Source: Octopus bimaculoides (Eukaryota). Taken from it: a stretch of 64,000 nucleotides of DNA. The DNA lies in contig NC_068992.1 of NCBI RefSeq assembly GCF_001194135.2, positions 22,320,099 to 22,384,098 on the forward strand, in the 5' to 3' direction. Below the pieces are notes generated by a model. The model saw only the letters and a program-made list of their open reading frames with translations, did no database searches and had not been told where the DNA came from. The first letter of the stretch is position 1; each line of letters begins with the position of its first letter. A program made the translations under genes and the position numbers. This document shows, in pieces, positions 1 through 14,241 of the stretch.

Positions 1-1421
1 ATTAAACCTCATAAAATATTCTGTGCAGTTTCCAGATACGTGGGAAGATGTTGAATTCCAAATCATTTCACCCTATGCTAGTACAAAATGAATGGATAAA
101 GAAAAGCTATGGCGATAATATATACGTTATGTGTATGTATTTCTGTGCGTATATCTATGTTTATATTATCATATGTATGTGTATAGTTCCCTGTTTTCCT
201 CTTCGTTGGAGCTGTGTTGCTTATTTTGACAAGCAATTTACCTAAGAGATATATGTTTGTCTATTTGTACGAGTATGTGGTTATAAATCTTATATATTTT
301 TTCGCTTCACAAACTTTTATAAAGTATATAGAAGTGAAATAGTTTAATAAATGCCAAACTGCTTAAACAAATTAGCACTTCCCTTGAAAAACCACCCACT
401 TTGCCAAATAGTAAAAAAAAAATTAAAAAAATAAAATAAAAACAACAACAAAAAGACTATAAAATAAAAAAAAATTGAAAGTACATATTTTCAAATATAT
501 ATTTGAGTTAATTTAAAAAAGAATAAAAAAACAAGAAAAACAAACAAACAACCCAAAAAATAAAAATAAACCGAAGTTTCACACTGTAATTTCCTGAAAT
601 TTAGTCAATAAAATAGAATTTTGTGAACATGTATTTCTAAACGTATTTTTATATAAATTTATTCTCTTGAAAAGCAAGCAATAAATTTCCGGTTTAGAGA
701 ATACAGATGTACGCATATATGTATGTATTCACGCATATATCAATATATAGATATGAATGTACATAAATACATATAAATATGTATATATNNNNNNNNNNNN
801 NNNNNNNNNNNNNNNNNNNNNNNNNNNNNNNNNNNNNNNNNNNNNNNNNNNNNNNNNNNNNNNNNNNNNNNNNNNNNNNNNNNNNNNNNNNNNNNNNNNN
901 NNNNNNNNNNNNNNNNNNNNNNNNNNNNNNNNNNNNNNNNNNNNNNNNNNNNNNNNNNNNNNNNNNNNNNNNNNNNNNNNNNNNNNNNNNNNNNNNNNNN
1001 NNNNNNNNNNNNNNNNNNNNNNNNNNNNNNNNNNNNNNNNNNNNNNNNNNNNNNNNNNNNNNNNNNNNNNNNNNNNNNNNNNNNNNNNNNNNNNNNNNNN
1101 NNNNNNNNNNNNNNNNNNNNNNNNNNNNNNNNNNNNNNNNNNNNNNNNNNNNNNNNNNNNNNNNNNNNNNNNNNNNNNNNNNNNNNNNNNNNNNNNNNNN
1201 NNNNNNNNNNNNNNNNNNNNNNNNNNNNNNNNNNNNNNNNNNNNNNNNNNNNNNNNNNNNNNNNNNNNNNNNNNNNNNNNNNNNNNNNNNNNNNNNNNNN
1301 NNNNNNNNNNNNNNNNNNNNNNNNNNNNNNNNNNNNNNNNNNNNNNNNNNNNNNNNNNNNNNNNNNNNNNNNNNNNNNNNNNNNNNNNNNNNNNNNNNNN
1401 NNNNNNNNNNNNNNNNNNNNN

Positions 1422-1483
<62 letters not shown>

Positions 1484-1754
1484 CACTAAAATATTGTTAA
1501 TATTTTAAGGCGTGTTTAAGAATAACAGCGGGACTGTTATTGCTTGGGTTGATATACTGCGTGTAAACCTGTTGAAGAAACCAATTGGCATAATTCGAAG
1601 TTTTAGTGAACTTGAACTTGTTCATACATACATACATACATACATACATACATACAAACATATATTCACGCATATGTACTTACGTATATACATACATACA
1701 CGGACGCATACATACATACAGTAATAATGCACGCATAATACATATATACGTAGG

Positions 1755-1794
<40 letters not shown>

Positions 1795-2643
1795 NNNNNN
1801 NNNNNNNNNNNNNNNNNNNNNNNNNNNNNNNNNNNNNNNNNNNNNNNNNNNNNNNNNNNNNNNNNNNNNNNNNNNNNNNNNNNNNNNNNNNNNNNNNNNN
1901 NNNNNNNNNNNNNNNNNNNNNNNNNNNNNNNNNNNNNNNNNNNNNNNNNNNNNNNNNNNNNNNNNNNNNNNNNNNNNNNNNNNNNNNNNNNNNNNNNNNN
2001 NNNNNNNNNNNNNNNNNNNNNNTGTGTGTGTGTGTGTGTTTGTGTGTTTGTGTGTGTTTATGTGTGTGCGTATGTTCCTTATGCATTCGAAAACTGAGTT
2101 GCCAATTTTCGCGTATGAAAATAGTTTCCCATTTTCAATTTGAACCTAAATTACAATGTGTTGCATTATGAAAGTGACGACGTGTGAATAACAAAAGTAA
2201 TGTTTCTCCGTACTAGTCATATTTGTACTATAATAAAGACAGTTGTTTATCATCTATCTCTCTATATAAAGGCTACCAAATAAGCTGTGTTTTTGTCACA
2301 TCTCTTTTCTGCTACTGAAATAATATCGGAAACAAGGTCGGGGCGCACAATTTTGAGGTCCTTTCGGGCAATATTTCGATTTGCTTCCAATGTTTCACGC
2401 CCTATGATTCACGCATGCGTAGAATTTCTATTCAGACAAATATTTATGAAACTATACTCATAAATATTGTATTTAAATATCCCACAACCAAAACATTTCA
2501 TTAAACGATAACCGTTTCTCTATATGTCATGAGGAAATGCAGTCAATCACTCTCTCTCACTCTCACATGCACACGCACACGGACACATACATAGAAAATT
2601 GATGTATACATACGTATTTATGTACGCGTATATGAAAGATAAT

Positions 2644-2726
<83 letters not shown>

Positions 2727-3060
2727 GAGTGAGTGCCACTTACACATACATGCAAAAAACACAAACATGACAACATGCATGTTTACTCACTCATTCTCCC
2801 TCTCTCTCACGCACGCACACACACACGCACACATTTCCAATTCATATACACGTCTCATACATCTTTCACTTTTTCCTCTCTTTCACTTCCTCCACTCTTT
2901 CAATTTCTGCTCTCTTCAAAGCATGAAGAAATAACAAATTTTACAGAAATTAATGAACAATCATATGATCCCATATGATCGACCATGTGATCGAGTTGAC
3001 AACTTTGCTGCGTCAGACGAAAGAATGCCATAAAATAACTTCCTTTGGCACACACACACA

Positions 3061-3121
<61 letters not shown>

Positions 3122-3376
3122 ATACACACGCACACACACACACACACGCACGCACGCACACATACACAGACACGCTCACAGATACACACACACTCACACA
3201 CTGTAGGTAAAACGTCTGTACGAATTATGTTATTTCTTGCAGTGTGCACGCACAGAATTACAATTGAAATTACCTTTTTCTGTTCTGTAATTAGTGTTTG
3301 TGATGAACGTATTTAAAATGCTGATATCCCATTTTAAAAATTAAAAGAAAGTTTTCTCAGAAATCTCGTCCTTTAC

Positions 3377-3535
3377 CTGCTGTTTCTAGCATGTCCCAGG
3401 TGACATTTACGCCCCCACCATTATTTTTTACTAAATTTCTTCTGATTCCCATGTTTTCGAAGCAGTAGGTTAGGATTTCACCCCTCAAACGCGTTCTCAA
3501 TATTTGGCGAGGTGGGGGAAGTGGCATCCTGTGGT
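3377..3535 (-). CDS. candidate internal exon, unknown protein (159 nt, phase 1-1)
   Basis: Minus strand has acceptor ttattttttattaaAG and donor CAG|GTAAAG around an open frame (D)HRMPLPPPRQILRTRLRGEILTYCFENMGIRRNLVKNNGGGVNVTWDMLETA(G). No homology recognised; may be repeat-derived. Confidence 0.15.
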
Positions 3536-3914
3536 CTTTAATAAAAAATAAGTTAAAAAAAACATATATTTCCCAGATTCGTAACATATGCATTTTTCTA
3601 CGTTATACGATGAAACAATACATACTTTGTGATGTTTGTTAAGAACGGAAAGCACTTTCATGCAAACCCATGCAAATTGTATCCTTCCCCTTCACTTTGA
3701 AACAAGCAATAACTTCCATTACGCCAGTAATCAAGTTCACTATATAGTAGCTGTGCCGATTCCACTCACAAGAAAGGAACAAATAATACAATGTGGCTGT
3801 AGGTCATAACACTTGGGCAACGCCGGGATGCATTACCACAGAGTATGTATATATATATATATATATATATATTTGTGAGTGTGTGTATGAGTGAGTGTAT
3901 GGGTGTGTGTGCGC

Positions 3915-4033
3915 GTGGGCGACTTTGCGTTTGTCTTTGTCCTCCACCACCGTTTGGCAACCGTTGTTGCTTTGTTTACGTTCCCCTAACTTAGCAGTTC
4001 GGAAAAAGAGAACGATAGAATAAGTACCAGGCT

Positions 4034-4100
<67 letters not shown>

Positions 4101-4107
4101 TAACAGC

Positions 4108-4146
<39 letters not shown>

Positions 4147-4277
4147 AATAATAATAATAATAAAAATAACGGCCTCAATTCATTCGACAAAAAAAATCCC
4201 CAAGGCGGTGCCCCAGCATGACCGCAATGTAATAACTGAAACTAGTTAAGGAAGAAAAAAAAATGAAAGATAAAAAG
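3915..4277 (+). mobile_element. SINE group A, 3' half, with internal (AAT)n/(AAC)n expansion
   Basis: Shares 'cccctaacttagcagttcgg...gatagaataagtaccagg' and 'aaggcggtgccccagcatgaccgca...actgaaac' with the copies at 7.2, 8.4 and 55.8 kb. Confidence 0.85.
4035..4169. repeat. (AAT)n-(AAC)n compound microsatellite
   Basis: Read directly from the sequence. Confidence 0.95.
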
Positions 4278-5227
4278 CATTTTTCTCACCCGATCTTCCT
4301 GAACCGTTTGTGCAATTGTTTTAACATCATTAGTTGTCCATTATATACGTTTTATTTGTTTGACGTCGGCAATTGATTGAGCAAGATTAATGATTTGGTT
4401 TTTAGTTAATATATTGAGGCAATTTAAACTCATTTAAAGTTGTAATACATTTGAAAAATATTTGACAGGTGTTTTGAAACAAAGAGGAATATTAAACACC
4501 ATGAAATCATAATCAAAATGAATAACAATGGTTGTTATATTTGTGTTTCGGAAAAATAAACTGCAGAGTATTTTTTATCTAACACAGTTCAAAGTTAATA
4601 TTTTTGATACTATCAAATGATTTTTTTTAAATACTTTAAAATATCTAACGGTTGTACACCACATAGGATTATAGCATACGGTTAAACATTCCACACAAAA
4701 TGAATTGGTTGACACATTTCAATGTGCTTAGAAATTGTAAACTGGAAAGCTTTGTATCATAGAATTGCACAAGTTAAGCCTGTCAAAATTTTAAACCTTC
4801 TCTCTTTTCATTTTTTTATTCGGCTGTTTTTCAGTTTCTGCATAAATATGAGATTACTTCATAAACTGATCAGTAAAAATTCGTAAAACCTGAAACTTAG
4901 AGTAGGAATTTGCGAAGATTCAGCTCAAAATTGCTTACATATCTGCACCTACCACACACAGAAACAGACAAATACGCACATACGAATACGTGCACCATAC
5001 AAACACTCTCATACACATTTATTTAGATACTAACGTACGTGCATAGTCAGTTAACACCTTTTTTTTATCGATATTACTTTTGGATTTTGACAAAGCTAAA
5101 AACACTACGGCTGCAATAACGCCGACGACAACAACAACAACAACAACAACAACAACAGTAACAACAACAACATGTTTGTGGATAAAAAAAATGGATTTAC
5201 ATAGGAATGTATGTATGGATGTGAGTG

Positions 5228-5282
<55 letters not shown>

Positions 5283-6232
5283 TTGTGTGTGTAGACAACT
5301 GTAGACGCGAATGTGTATATTTATAGGTAGGTTTGAATGTGAAACTTTTCTGGTTTCGTTCAGTTGATAAAAAATTAAAAATGGAGTAACGAATAGCCTT
5401 ATTCGCTAAAACGCAAACCTAACAATCTGATCACGAAAGCAAAAATATATTACTTATCAACCAAAATACCTATTTGATAAGTAGGAATTAAGATAGGCTT
5501 ATAGAAAGTCTATTGATATGCATTTATAAGTACATAGAGAGCCAACGTGTAAATAAGCAAAATGTAGAAAAATTAAAAGAACATATATTGTATGGTAAAA
5601 CAAACTGATAAAAAAACTAAGAAGAAATAATTTGAAAAATGTGTCTTTTAATTGATAATGAGACTGTTAAGGAAAATCCATATGTTAGGTAGATAACAGT
5701 CATTTATTAGCTCAGATTATACTACATGTTCCTGCTAAAGGAAATATGTGGATATATCGAAACTTTAAAAAAATACTTTTTTACAAAGAAAGTGCAAAAC
5801 TAAAACACAAGGCAAACAGAAGCAAGCAAGCAAACTGCAATTAATATCTACAACACAGGAACGCCAAAAATGGAGATTAGAAAAGTAAAAATAAATGTCG
5901 GAAGAAAATAGAGTATATATNNNNNNNNNNNNNNNNNNNNNNNNNNNNNNNNNNNNNNNNNNNNNNNNNNNNNNNNNNNNNNNNNNNNNNNNNNNNNNNN
6001 NNNNNNNNNNNNNNNNNNNNNNNNNNNNNNNNNNNNNNNNNNNNNNNNNNNNNNNNNNNNNNNNNNNNNNNNNNNNNNNNNNNNNNNNNNNNNNNNNNNN
6101 NNNNNNNNNNNNNNNNNNNNNNNNNNNNNNNNNNNNNNNNNNNNNNNNNNNNNNNNNNNNNNNNNNNNNNNNNNNNNNNNNNNNNNNNNNNNNNNNNNNN
6201 NNNNNNNNNNNNNNNNNNNNNNNNNNNNNNNN

Positions 6233-6264
<32 letters not shown>

Positions 6265-7169
6265 TTCAAAAATTAAACAGAAGCACGACAAAGGAACGAA
6301 CGGAAAATTCACACGCAGGATATGGACGTATATATACATACATACATGCATACTTACATACATACATACATACATGCATACATACATGCATGCATCATGC
6401 ATACATATATATTATATACATACATGTATATATATATAGGTACGTATGTATAAATGTATACACACATATATATATAAATACATATACATATGATATATAT
6501 TTATATATTTATAGGAAAATATATATGCATGTATATAGATATATAAATGTATAGCAGTCTGTATAAATATTTATTTATCTAAATGTATTATATGTATTAT
6601 ATATAATATATGTATAAACATATACTAAATATATATCATATATATATGTGTACATATTTACTATATTTACATTATATTCATATTACCTATATGTGAGTGC
6701 GTTAATGAGAATATTTGTGTACATGTGTGTGTTTGTCTGTGAGAAATATTCTCACTTCTATGTAAAGAAGTAGATACAAATCCGATCACAAAAGAAAAAA
6801 CAAAAAAAATGCCATTAATTTCTAGCAAAATACGTGTAAAAAATTTATAAAATATTGTTCCCTGATTATGTACCCTATTTTTCGTGTAATGCAGAGAACC
6901 GAGTGAAGACGTGAAAAATATACTTTCCAGTGTTTCGGTATGTTATATTTATAAAGTGAAATTAATTTGTTTTATGTTAAACATTTTTTTTCTGTATCTA
7001 TAAACGTTCTATATTTCTGTACCTTTGCGTGTCATCAAGATAGAAGTACAGTCTGTTTCTTATAGTTAAGTGATAGTTTTCGTTGTAGAAAGCTGGAGAG
7101 CGAGACGGTGTAAGATAGAAAAGGAAAATACATCATAGATAATATCATAAATATTTTTAGGGATAGGTA

Positions 7170-7531
7170 CCAGCATTGCTGTGTGCTAAGTAGTTCACTT
7201 CCCAACCGCATGATTCCGTGTTCAGTCCCGCTGCGCGGCATGTTGGGCAAGTGTCATTTGCTATAGCCTCGGGCCGACCAAATCCTCGTGAGTGGATTTG
7301 CTTGACGGAAACTGAATGAGGGACGTCGTGTGTATTTTTGTGTCTGTGTTTGTGCCTCCATCCTTGCTTGACAACCAGTGTTGGTGCATTTATGTCCCCA
7401 TAACTTAGCAGTTCAGCAAAACAGAACGATTGAATAAGTCATGGGGTTGACTTGTTCGAGTAACATTCTTCAAAGATGTGCTTTCAGCATGGCCGCAGTC
7501 AAATGACTGAAACAAGTAAAACAATAAAAGA
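7170..7531 (+). mobile_element. SINE group A (tRNA-like head, CORE-like body), near full length
   Basis: Head 'cttcccaaccgcatgattccgtgttcagtccc', CORE-like 'ttgggcaagtgtc...tatagcctcgggccgacc', tail 'cagcatggccgcagtcaaatgactgaaacaagtaaaa'. Multiple copies in the window. Confidence 0.85.
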
Positions 7532-7553
7532 ATTTTATATACATATGTACGTG

Positions 7554-7601
<48 letters not shown>

Positions 7602-7605
7602 TGTC

Positions 7606-7673
<68 letters not shown>

Positions 7674-8226
7674 CAACGATATGAATATTGATATGAATGA
7701 ATTAGGAAATATAAAATAAACAATTATATTTGTATAAACATAAAATTTTCGGTAACTTGAAAAACAACAAATAAACGAAATAGCAATTCACTTCACCTTT
7801 TCACTCCTTTCCTTACATAAAAGGCACAAGCAATATGGGAAGCAAATTTATGAGAAGTAAAAATAAGTAACAACCACCATGTTGGAAAGGTACTGAAAAT
7901 GTGCTGGACATATAGAATCGTTACATTTTTATACGAGAATAAGTGCGTGTGCATCGAGTGCGCCTTCGGAAAATATATATATTGACTGAAAATTGGGTAA
8001 TGCCACGAGGACAGGCTAAAAGCGGAATATATATCTAAAACAGGTAAATATGAAATAAGGATGTTTAATTTAATGATGAAATGAAACTTGAATAGACACG
8101 AAATATAANNNNNNNNNNNNNNNNNNNNNNNNNNNNNNNNNNNNNNNNNNNNNNNNNNNNNNNNNNNNNNNNNNNNNNNNNNNNNNNNNNNNNNNNNNNN
8201 NNNNNNNNNNNNNNNNNNNNNNNNNN

Positions 8227-8264
<38 letters not shown>

Positions 8265-8367
8265 ATATAGGATAAAATCTTTATAAGAATTTATCAAGTA
8301 GTCAGCGTGAAAAAAAACTCATAATGAAAAAAAAATAATCATATATGTATATATATACACATACATA

Positions 8368-8756
8368 CGGGAGTATCTGTATGGTAAGAAGTTTGCTTCG
8401 CAATCACATGGTTCCAGGTTCAGTTTCACTACGTGGCACCTTGGGCAAATATCTTCTACTATAGCCTCAGGCCGATAAAAAGCTTGAGTGGATTTGGTAG
8501 ACGGAAACTGAAAGAAGCCCGTCGTATATATATAAATATATATATATATATATTTGTGTGCCTGTATTTGTCCCCCACCATCGCTTGACAGCCGATGTTG
8601 GTGTGTTTACGTTCCCTCAAATTAACAGTTTGACAAAAGAGGCCGATAGAATAAGTACTAGGCTTAAAAGGAATAAGTCTTGGAGTCGACTAAAGGCGGT
8701 GCTCCAGCATAGCCGCCGTCAAATGACTGAAACAAGTCAAAGAATAGAAAATAAAA
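8368..8756 (+). mobile_element. SINE group A, full length, internal (TA)n
   Basis: Colinear with the 7170-7531 copy: 'tggtaagaagtttgcttc...ggttccaggttcagt...ggcaccttgggcaaatatcttctactatagcctc'. Confidence 0.9.
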
Positions 8757-8779
8757 AAAATATATATAGGACAGGTTTA

Positions 8780-8920
8780 TTTCAGTTTCCTTCTACCAAA
8801 TCCATTCACAAGGCTTTGGTCGGCCCGAGGCTATAGCGAAAAAGGCTTGGCTAAGCAGTCGGACTGAACCCGGAAGCATTGGGGTTGGGAAGCAAACTTC
8901 TTATCATACTGCCATGCCTG
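8780..8920 (-). mobile_element. SINE group A, 5' half
   Basis: 'ttcagtttccttctaccaaatccattcacaaggctttggtcggcccgaggctatag' is the reverse complement of the group A head and body. Confidence 0.85.
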
Positions 8921-10232
8921 CACATACTTATGCACTTAGGTGAAGCATATACACACACACTTACATACACATCGGTGTATGTCTACATGCGTGCGTGTGC
9001 ACCTCTCTATATATTATTAGACATATATGTAACTAAAACCACTAATTCTTGCCTACAAACACTAAATAAAAAAAAACCATTAAAAAAGCATATAAACAAT
9101 CTCTAAACAATTTTTCACAGTCTAAGGAACGCCATTAACACCGTACGCTTTCCAAACGTTCCATCTTCCTTCTGCTTCTCTCGTGTGACTTTCTTTTTCT
9201 CTATTCCTCTCTCTTTTTACTCGCTTCAATTTCGCTGCCTACCTTATTAATTTGCATAAATATCCTTAATAAAAATCTGAAATATTAAACCGAATACGTT
9301 TTGACATTTGTTAAAAAAAAATAACCAAGTATGTACTATGTGAAAAATATTCTCCTAAACTATTGATTAATTATGTGTTAAACTAAATAAAACACGTTTG
9401 CTCACATAAATTTCTGATGAAGTAGATAGAGAAGAAATAATCAAGAACTTTTTTGTCACTTAATGTTATTTATATTGCAATCATATTTATTTCTTCCAAG
9501 CTTCCAAAATCAGTGCATTTATATAAATATCGTTGAACATATTCTACAGCACAAAAATACATATACCTACATGCTTGTATATATGAGTATGTGAGTGTAA
9601 TATAAATGTATGTATATATATATATATATAACATGTATGCACAAATATGTATACATATTTGTGCATGTATGCATATATATATCTATGCATATATATATAT
9701 ATATATATATANNNNNNNNNNNNNNNNNNNNNNNNNNNNNNNNNNNNNNNNNNNNNNNNNNNNNNNNNNNNNNNNNNNNNNNNNNNNNNNNNNNNNNNNN
9801 NNNNNNNNNNNNNNNNNNNNNNNNNNNNNNNNNNNNNNNNNNNNNNNNNNNNNNNNNNNNNNNNNNNNNNNNNNNNNNNNNNNNNNNNNNNNNNNNNNNN
9901 NNNNNNNNNNNNNNNNNNNNNNNNNNNNNNNNNNNNNNNNNNNNNNNNNNNNNNNNNNNNNNNNNNNNNNNNNNNNNNNNNNNNNNNNNNNNNNNNNNNN
10001 NNNNNNNNNNNNNNNNNNNNNNNNNNNNNNNNNNNNNNNNNNNNNNNNNNNNNNNNNNNNNNNNNNNNNNNNNNNNNNNNNNNNNNNNNNNNNNNNNNNN
10101 NNNNNNNNNNNNNNNNNNNNNNNNNNNNNNNNNNNNNNNNNNNNNNNNNNNNNNNNNNNNNNNNNNNNNNNNNNNNNNNNNNNNNNNNNNNNNNNNNNNN
10201 NNNNNNNNNNNNNNNNNNNNNNNNNNNNNATG

Positions 10233-10277
<45 letters not shown>

Positions 10278-10819
10278 CAAATCTATTCAGCTCTTCTAGA
10301 AACGTACTCACTTTTCACAGCAGTTAATTTTTATAGCAATGTTCGATAACTCTTATTTAGCTCCGGATCAGGTCATTTCAAGCTCACATTTGGTAGACAT
10401 GAACAGGCGGCGCCCATCGTCTCTGTGTCACTTATCTATAGCTCTGATAGAACAGTCTCTTATGAAATGAATCTACACATAGAAATATTTCTACCTTCGC
10501 TATAAAATTATGTTGCTGTGACTCAATGATGAAACGTTTATGCGGTCCCTAGATGGTACTAAAATGGCAGCCAGATATCTCTCTGATGTCGCTACGATAA
10601 TGGTGCTTAAAGTATAGCAATGGATATTGTACGGCTTGACTGAATCCCTAAAAAAATATATCATTGCAGGATGAGAAGAGACCTACAGCTAGTCATCATC
10701 AGCATCCTTCTCATCCTCATCATCATCGTCTTCGTTTTCATCACTACCATCAACATGAACAACAGCAATAAATATAATATATGACTATAATTGCTGGCCT
10801 TGTGCAAATTTGGGAATTC

Positions 10820-11024
10820 CAATTTTTGCATAACGCCAGCAATTTCGAGGAAGAGAGTAAGTCGATTACATTAATCCCAGTGCTCAATTGGTACACAATT
10901 TACCGATCTCGAAAGGGATGAGAGGCAAAGTCGACCTTGGTAGGGTTTGAACTCAGAACGTAAAGACGTACTAAATGTCACTAAGCGTTTTGTCCGGCTA
11001 ACGATTCTGTCAGCTCGCCGCCTT
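10820..11024 (-). mobile_element. SINE group M (tRNA-like head ggcggcgagctggcagaatcgttag)
   Basis: Reverse complement shows an A-box-like tgacagaatcgttag, a B-box-like gagttcaaac and the central 'gtcgactttgcctctcatcc' motif shared by about 18 copies here. Confidence 0.85.
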
Positions 11025-11039
11025 AATAACTACAATATT

Positions 11040-11248
11040 GGTTTCAAAATTTAGTAGAGAGCCAGTAATTTCGAGGAAGAGGGTTAGTCATTTACATTGA
11101 CCACAATACTCAACTGGTAGTTATTTTATTGATTCAGAAAAGGATAAAAGACGAAGTAGACCTCGGCAGAATTTCAACTCGGGAGACAGACAAAATACTG
11201 CTAAGCATTTCGCCTGGCGTGCTTAACGATTCTGCCAGCTCGCTACCT
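11040..11248 (-). mobile_element. SINE group M, tandem with the previous copy
   Basis: Ends 'aacgattctgccagctcgctacctt' with the same module order as 10820-11024. Confidence 0.8.
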
Positions 11249-11696
11249 TAACAGTACCTATAATATTAGTTTAAATTGCAACTCCTACCAGGAACCTGAA
11301 AGTTAGTAAAACTAAGGACCGCTTCAAACAAGCCACATTGTTGTTAGAATCACAGATGTTATTGCTTTTATTTCAATTAGCTCTATCTAAACTGCTCATG
11401 TCTATAACGTTCACCCGTGATTATTTCGATTGGTTGCGTTCGTATTGAACGTTCTGGAGCTTTTGAAATAGTAATCGAAAAAAATTCTTCCAGATATCAA
11501 CAACAACAACAACAACAACAACAACAACGACGAAGTCGATGAAAGCTTCTATTTTATACACTTGGGGGTGCCACTAATGGTCAGATAGCACAGGGGAGAC
11601 AATCGCTTCTAGATTAAGTTAAGGCGGAATAGTAAGTTTGAATTTTAATTCAAGGAGTAATGAAAAAGGTGTTTGAAATATTTCCTTTTACTAGGT

Positions 11697-11885
11697 CGGT
11701 GGTGAGCAGGCAGAATCGTTAGCAAACGGGCACAATGTTTAAATTTTCTGATTTCAAATCCTACCGAGGTCAAATTTATCGTTTATCTGTTTGGGTTCGA
11801 TAAAATAAGTACCACTTACTTTATCAGTAGGGTCGATGTAATCGACTTCTCCCCTAAAACTGCTAGCCTTGTACCAATAACCAAT
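11697..11885 (+). mobile_element. SINE group M
   Basis: 'ggcagaatcgttagc...tcgataaaataagtacc...gggtcgatgtaatcgactt...tgctagccttgtacc'. Confidence 0.8.
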
Positions 11886-12693
11886 ATTTCTTTTCCCTAC
11901 TCATTGAAAAGATCTTAAAATTTCCTATTTTGGTTAAGGTATATTTCAATCATATGAGACTAAAAGCTATGCTCTAAGATACGGCGACTGCTAATTCCCA
12001 TTTATATTCAGCGTCGACAATACAACTACCAGCTTCATACTGTGATTTTGGGCAGTAAGATGAAATGGAACATAGGATAAGCAAAAAATACTTTGCAGTA
12101 TTCAATTAAGTCCCTATATTTTCTGAGTTCAATTCTTCAACTTGATGTTTAGTTACAGATTTGCTTGGTGAAATAACAGTCGAACGCTGACATCATTTTA
12201 ATCAACATTGCTCGTCCATGTCAAATCAATTTTTGGCCATGTACGACTAAACACAACCTTATATTAACATTACTAGTAATAGAAGTACTAGTAGTAATGA
12301 TGATAACGATAGAAGTAGAAGTAGTAGTATTAATATATTATTAGATCCTTTCAATAGAATCTCTTCTTTAGTGTTTAGTATGCATCAAATTTCATATATA
12401 CTAAAAATATATTGGATCTGGATATGACAGTGATGCATGAAACCGGAGTTAAGAACTACCAAAGTGAATGGCTCTACATAAACGCATATTTATGAACATT
12501 CTGGTACTCTCTTAAGCATTGCAAATAAAAATACACTTCCAATAAACTACACACACACACACACATATACATAAACACACACACACAGAGGCACGCACAC
12601 AAATATATGCATGTGTGTATAAATAAGTATATATGTACATATATACACACACATATATATCATATAAATATATACAAACACACACATATATGA

Positions 12694-12732
<39 letters not shown>

Positions 12733-12896
12733 CATGTGTGTATGTCTGCAACTATATATATATTTCATTATTTATTTATGCATAAGAACAGTTATTAAAA
12801 CTTTTTCCTAAAAGCTAACATTCAAAAATAAGTTATATATATATATATATGTATATATNNNNNNNNNNNNNNNNNNNNNNNNNNNNNNNNNNNNNN

Positions 12897-12930
<34 letters not shown>

Positions 12931-13117
12931 CATATATAGATATGTGTATATGTATATATAAATGTGTGTGTATGCGTGTGTACACACACTCACATAAACA
13001 CTCACACATACACACACAACACTACCTAAAGTAAAATGCTATTAGAGAAAAGAACATTTCAGGTTGGCTCCAAACCAACGCACACAAACTCACATGCATA
13101 GGCATTCATGCATACAC

Positions 13118-13154
<37 letters not shown>

Positions 13155-13334
13155 TATATATACACACATGTGTGCATCCATATATAAATTTCTAAAAATG
13201 TATACTAGTTTGTACATACGCGCATACTTACATACATAGACGTAGTCCTGCACATGTATACACCGTTCTACACGTACTCTCACAAAATTAGTAACAAACA
13301 CACATATACGTAAGTGTGTGTGTGTGCGTGCGTA

Positions 13335-13374
<40 letters not shown>

Positions 13375-13742
13375 AAGAGACGAGGGGAGAATTTTCCTTG
13401 CCAATATTAGAGAGAGTAAATGAACAGTCAAGAAGAAAAGAGAAGGAATCAAAAGAAATTCAAAGAGACTAAATGTTCTTTCTTGTGAGATCAAAGCAAA
13501 TCTTTCAAAGTTGTGCCAACAGTTATTCCACTTTGCATGACAACATAAAGTTCCAGCCTCCAAAGCACAATTTCTGGAAGCAACTTCAATGAAATTTCTT
13601 CGGTGGAATTTTACTGAACATATATAATCTATCTAACGGTCACGACGATTTTATATGGCATATATATATGTGTGTGTGTGTTTGTGTGTGTACATGTGTG
13701 TGTGTATGTACATGTAAGTAAATGTATGCTTACATGTGTGTG

Positions 13743-13805
<63 letters not shown>

Positions 13806-14209
13806 NNNNNNNNNNNNNNNNNNNNNNNNNNNNNNNNNNNNNNNNNNNNNNNNNNNNNNNNNNNNNNNNNNNNNNNNNNNNNNNNNNNNNNNNNNNNNNN
13901 NNNNNNNNNNNNNNNNNNNNNNNNNNNNNNNNNNNNNNNNNNNNNNNNNNNNNNNNNNNNNNNNNNNNNNNNNNNNNNNNNNNNNNNNNNNNNNNNNNNN
14001 NNNNNNNNNNNNNNNNNNNNNNNNNNNNNNNNNNNNNNNNNNNNNNNNNNNNNNNNNNNNNNNNNNNNNNNNNNNNNNNNNNNNNNNNNNNNNNNNNNNN
14101 NNNNNNNNNNNNNNNNNNNNNNNNNNNNNNNNNNNNNNNNNNNNNNNNNNNNNNNNNNNNNNNNNNNNNNNNNNNNNNNNNNNNNNNNNNNNNNNNNNNN
14201 NNNNNNNNN

Positions 14210-14241
<32 letters not shown>

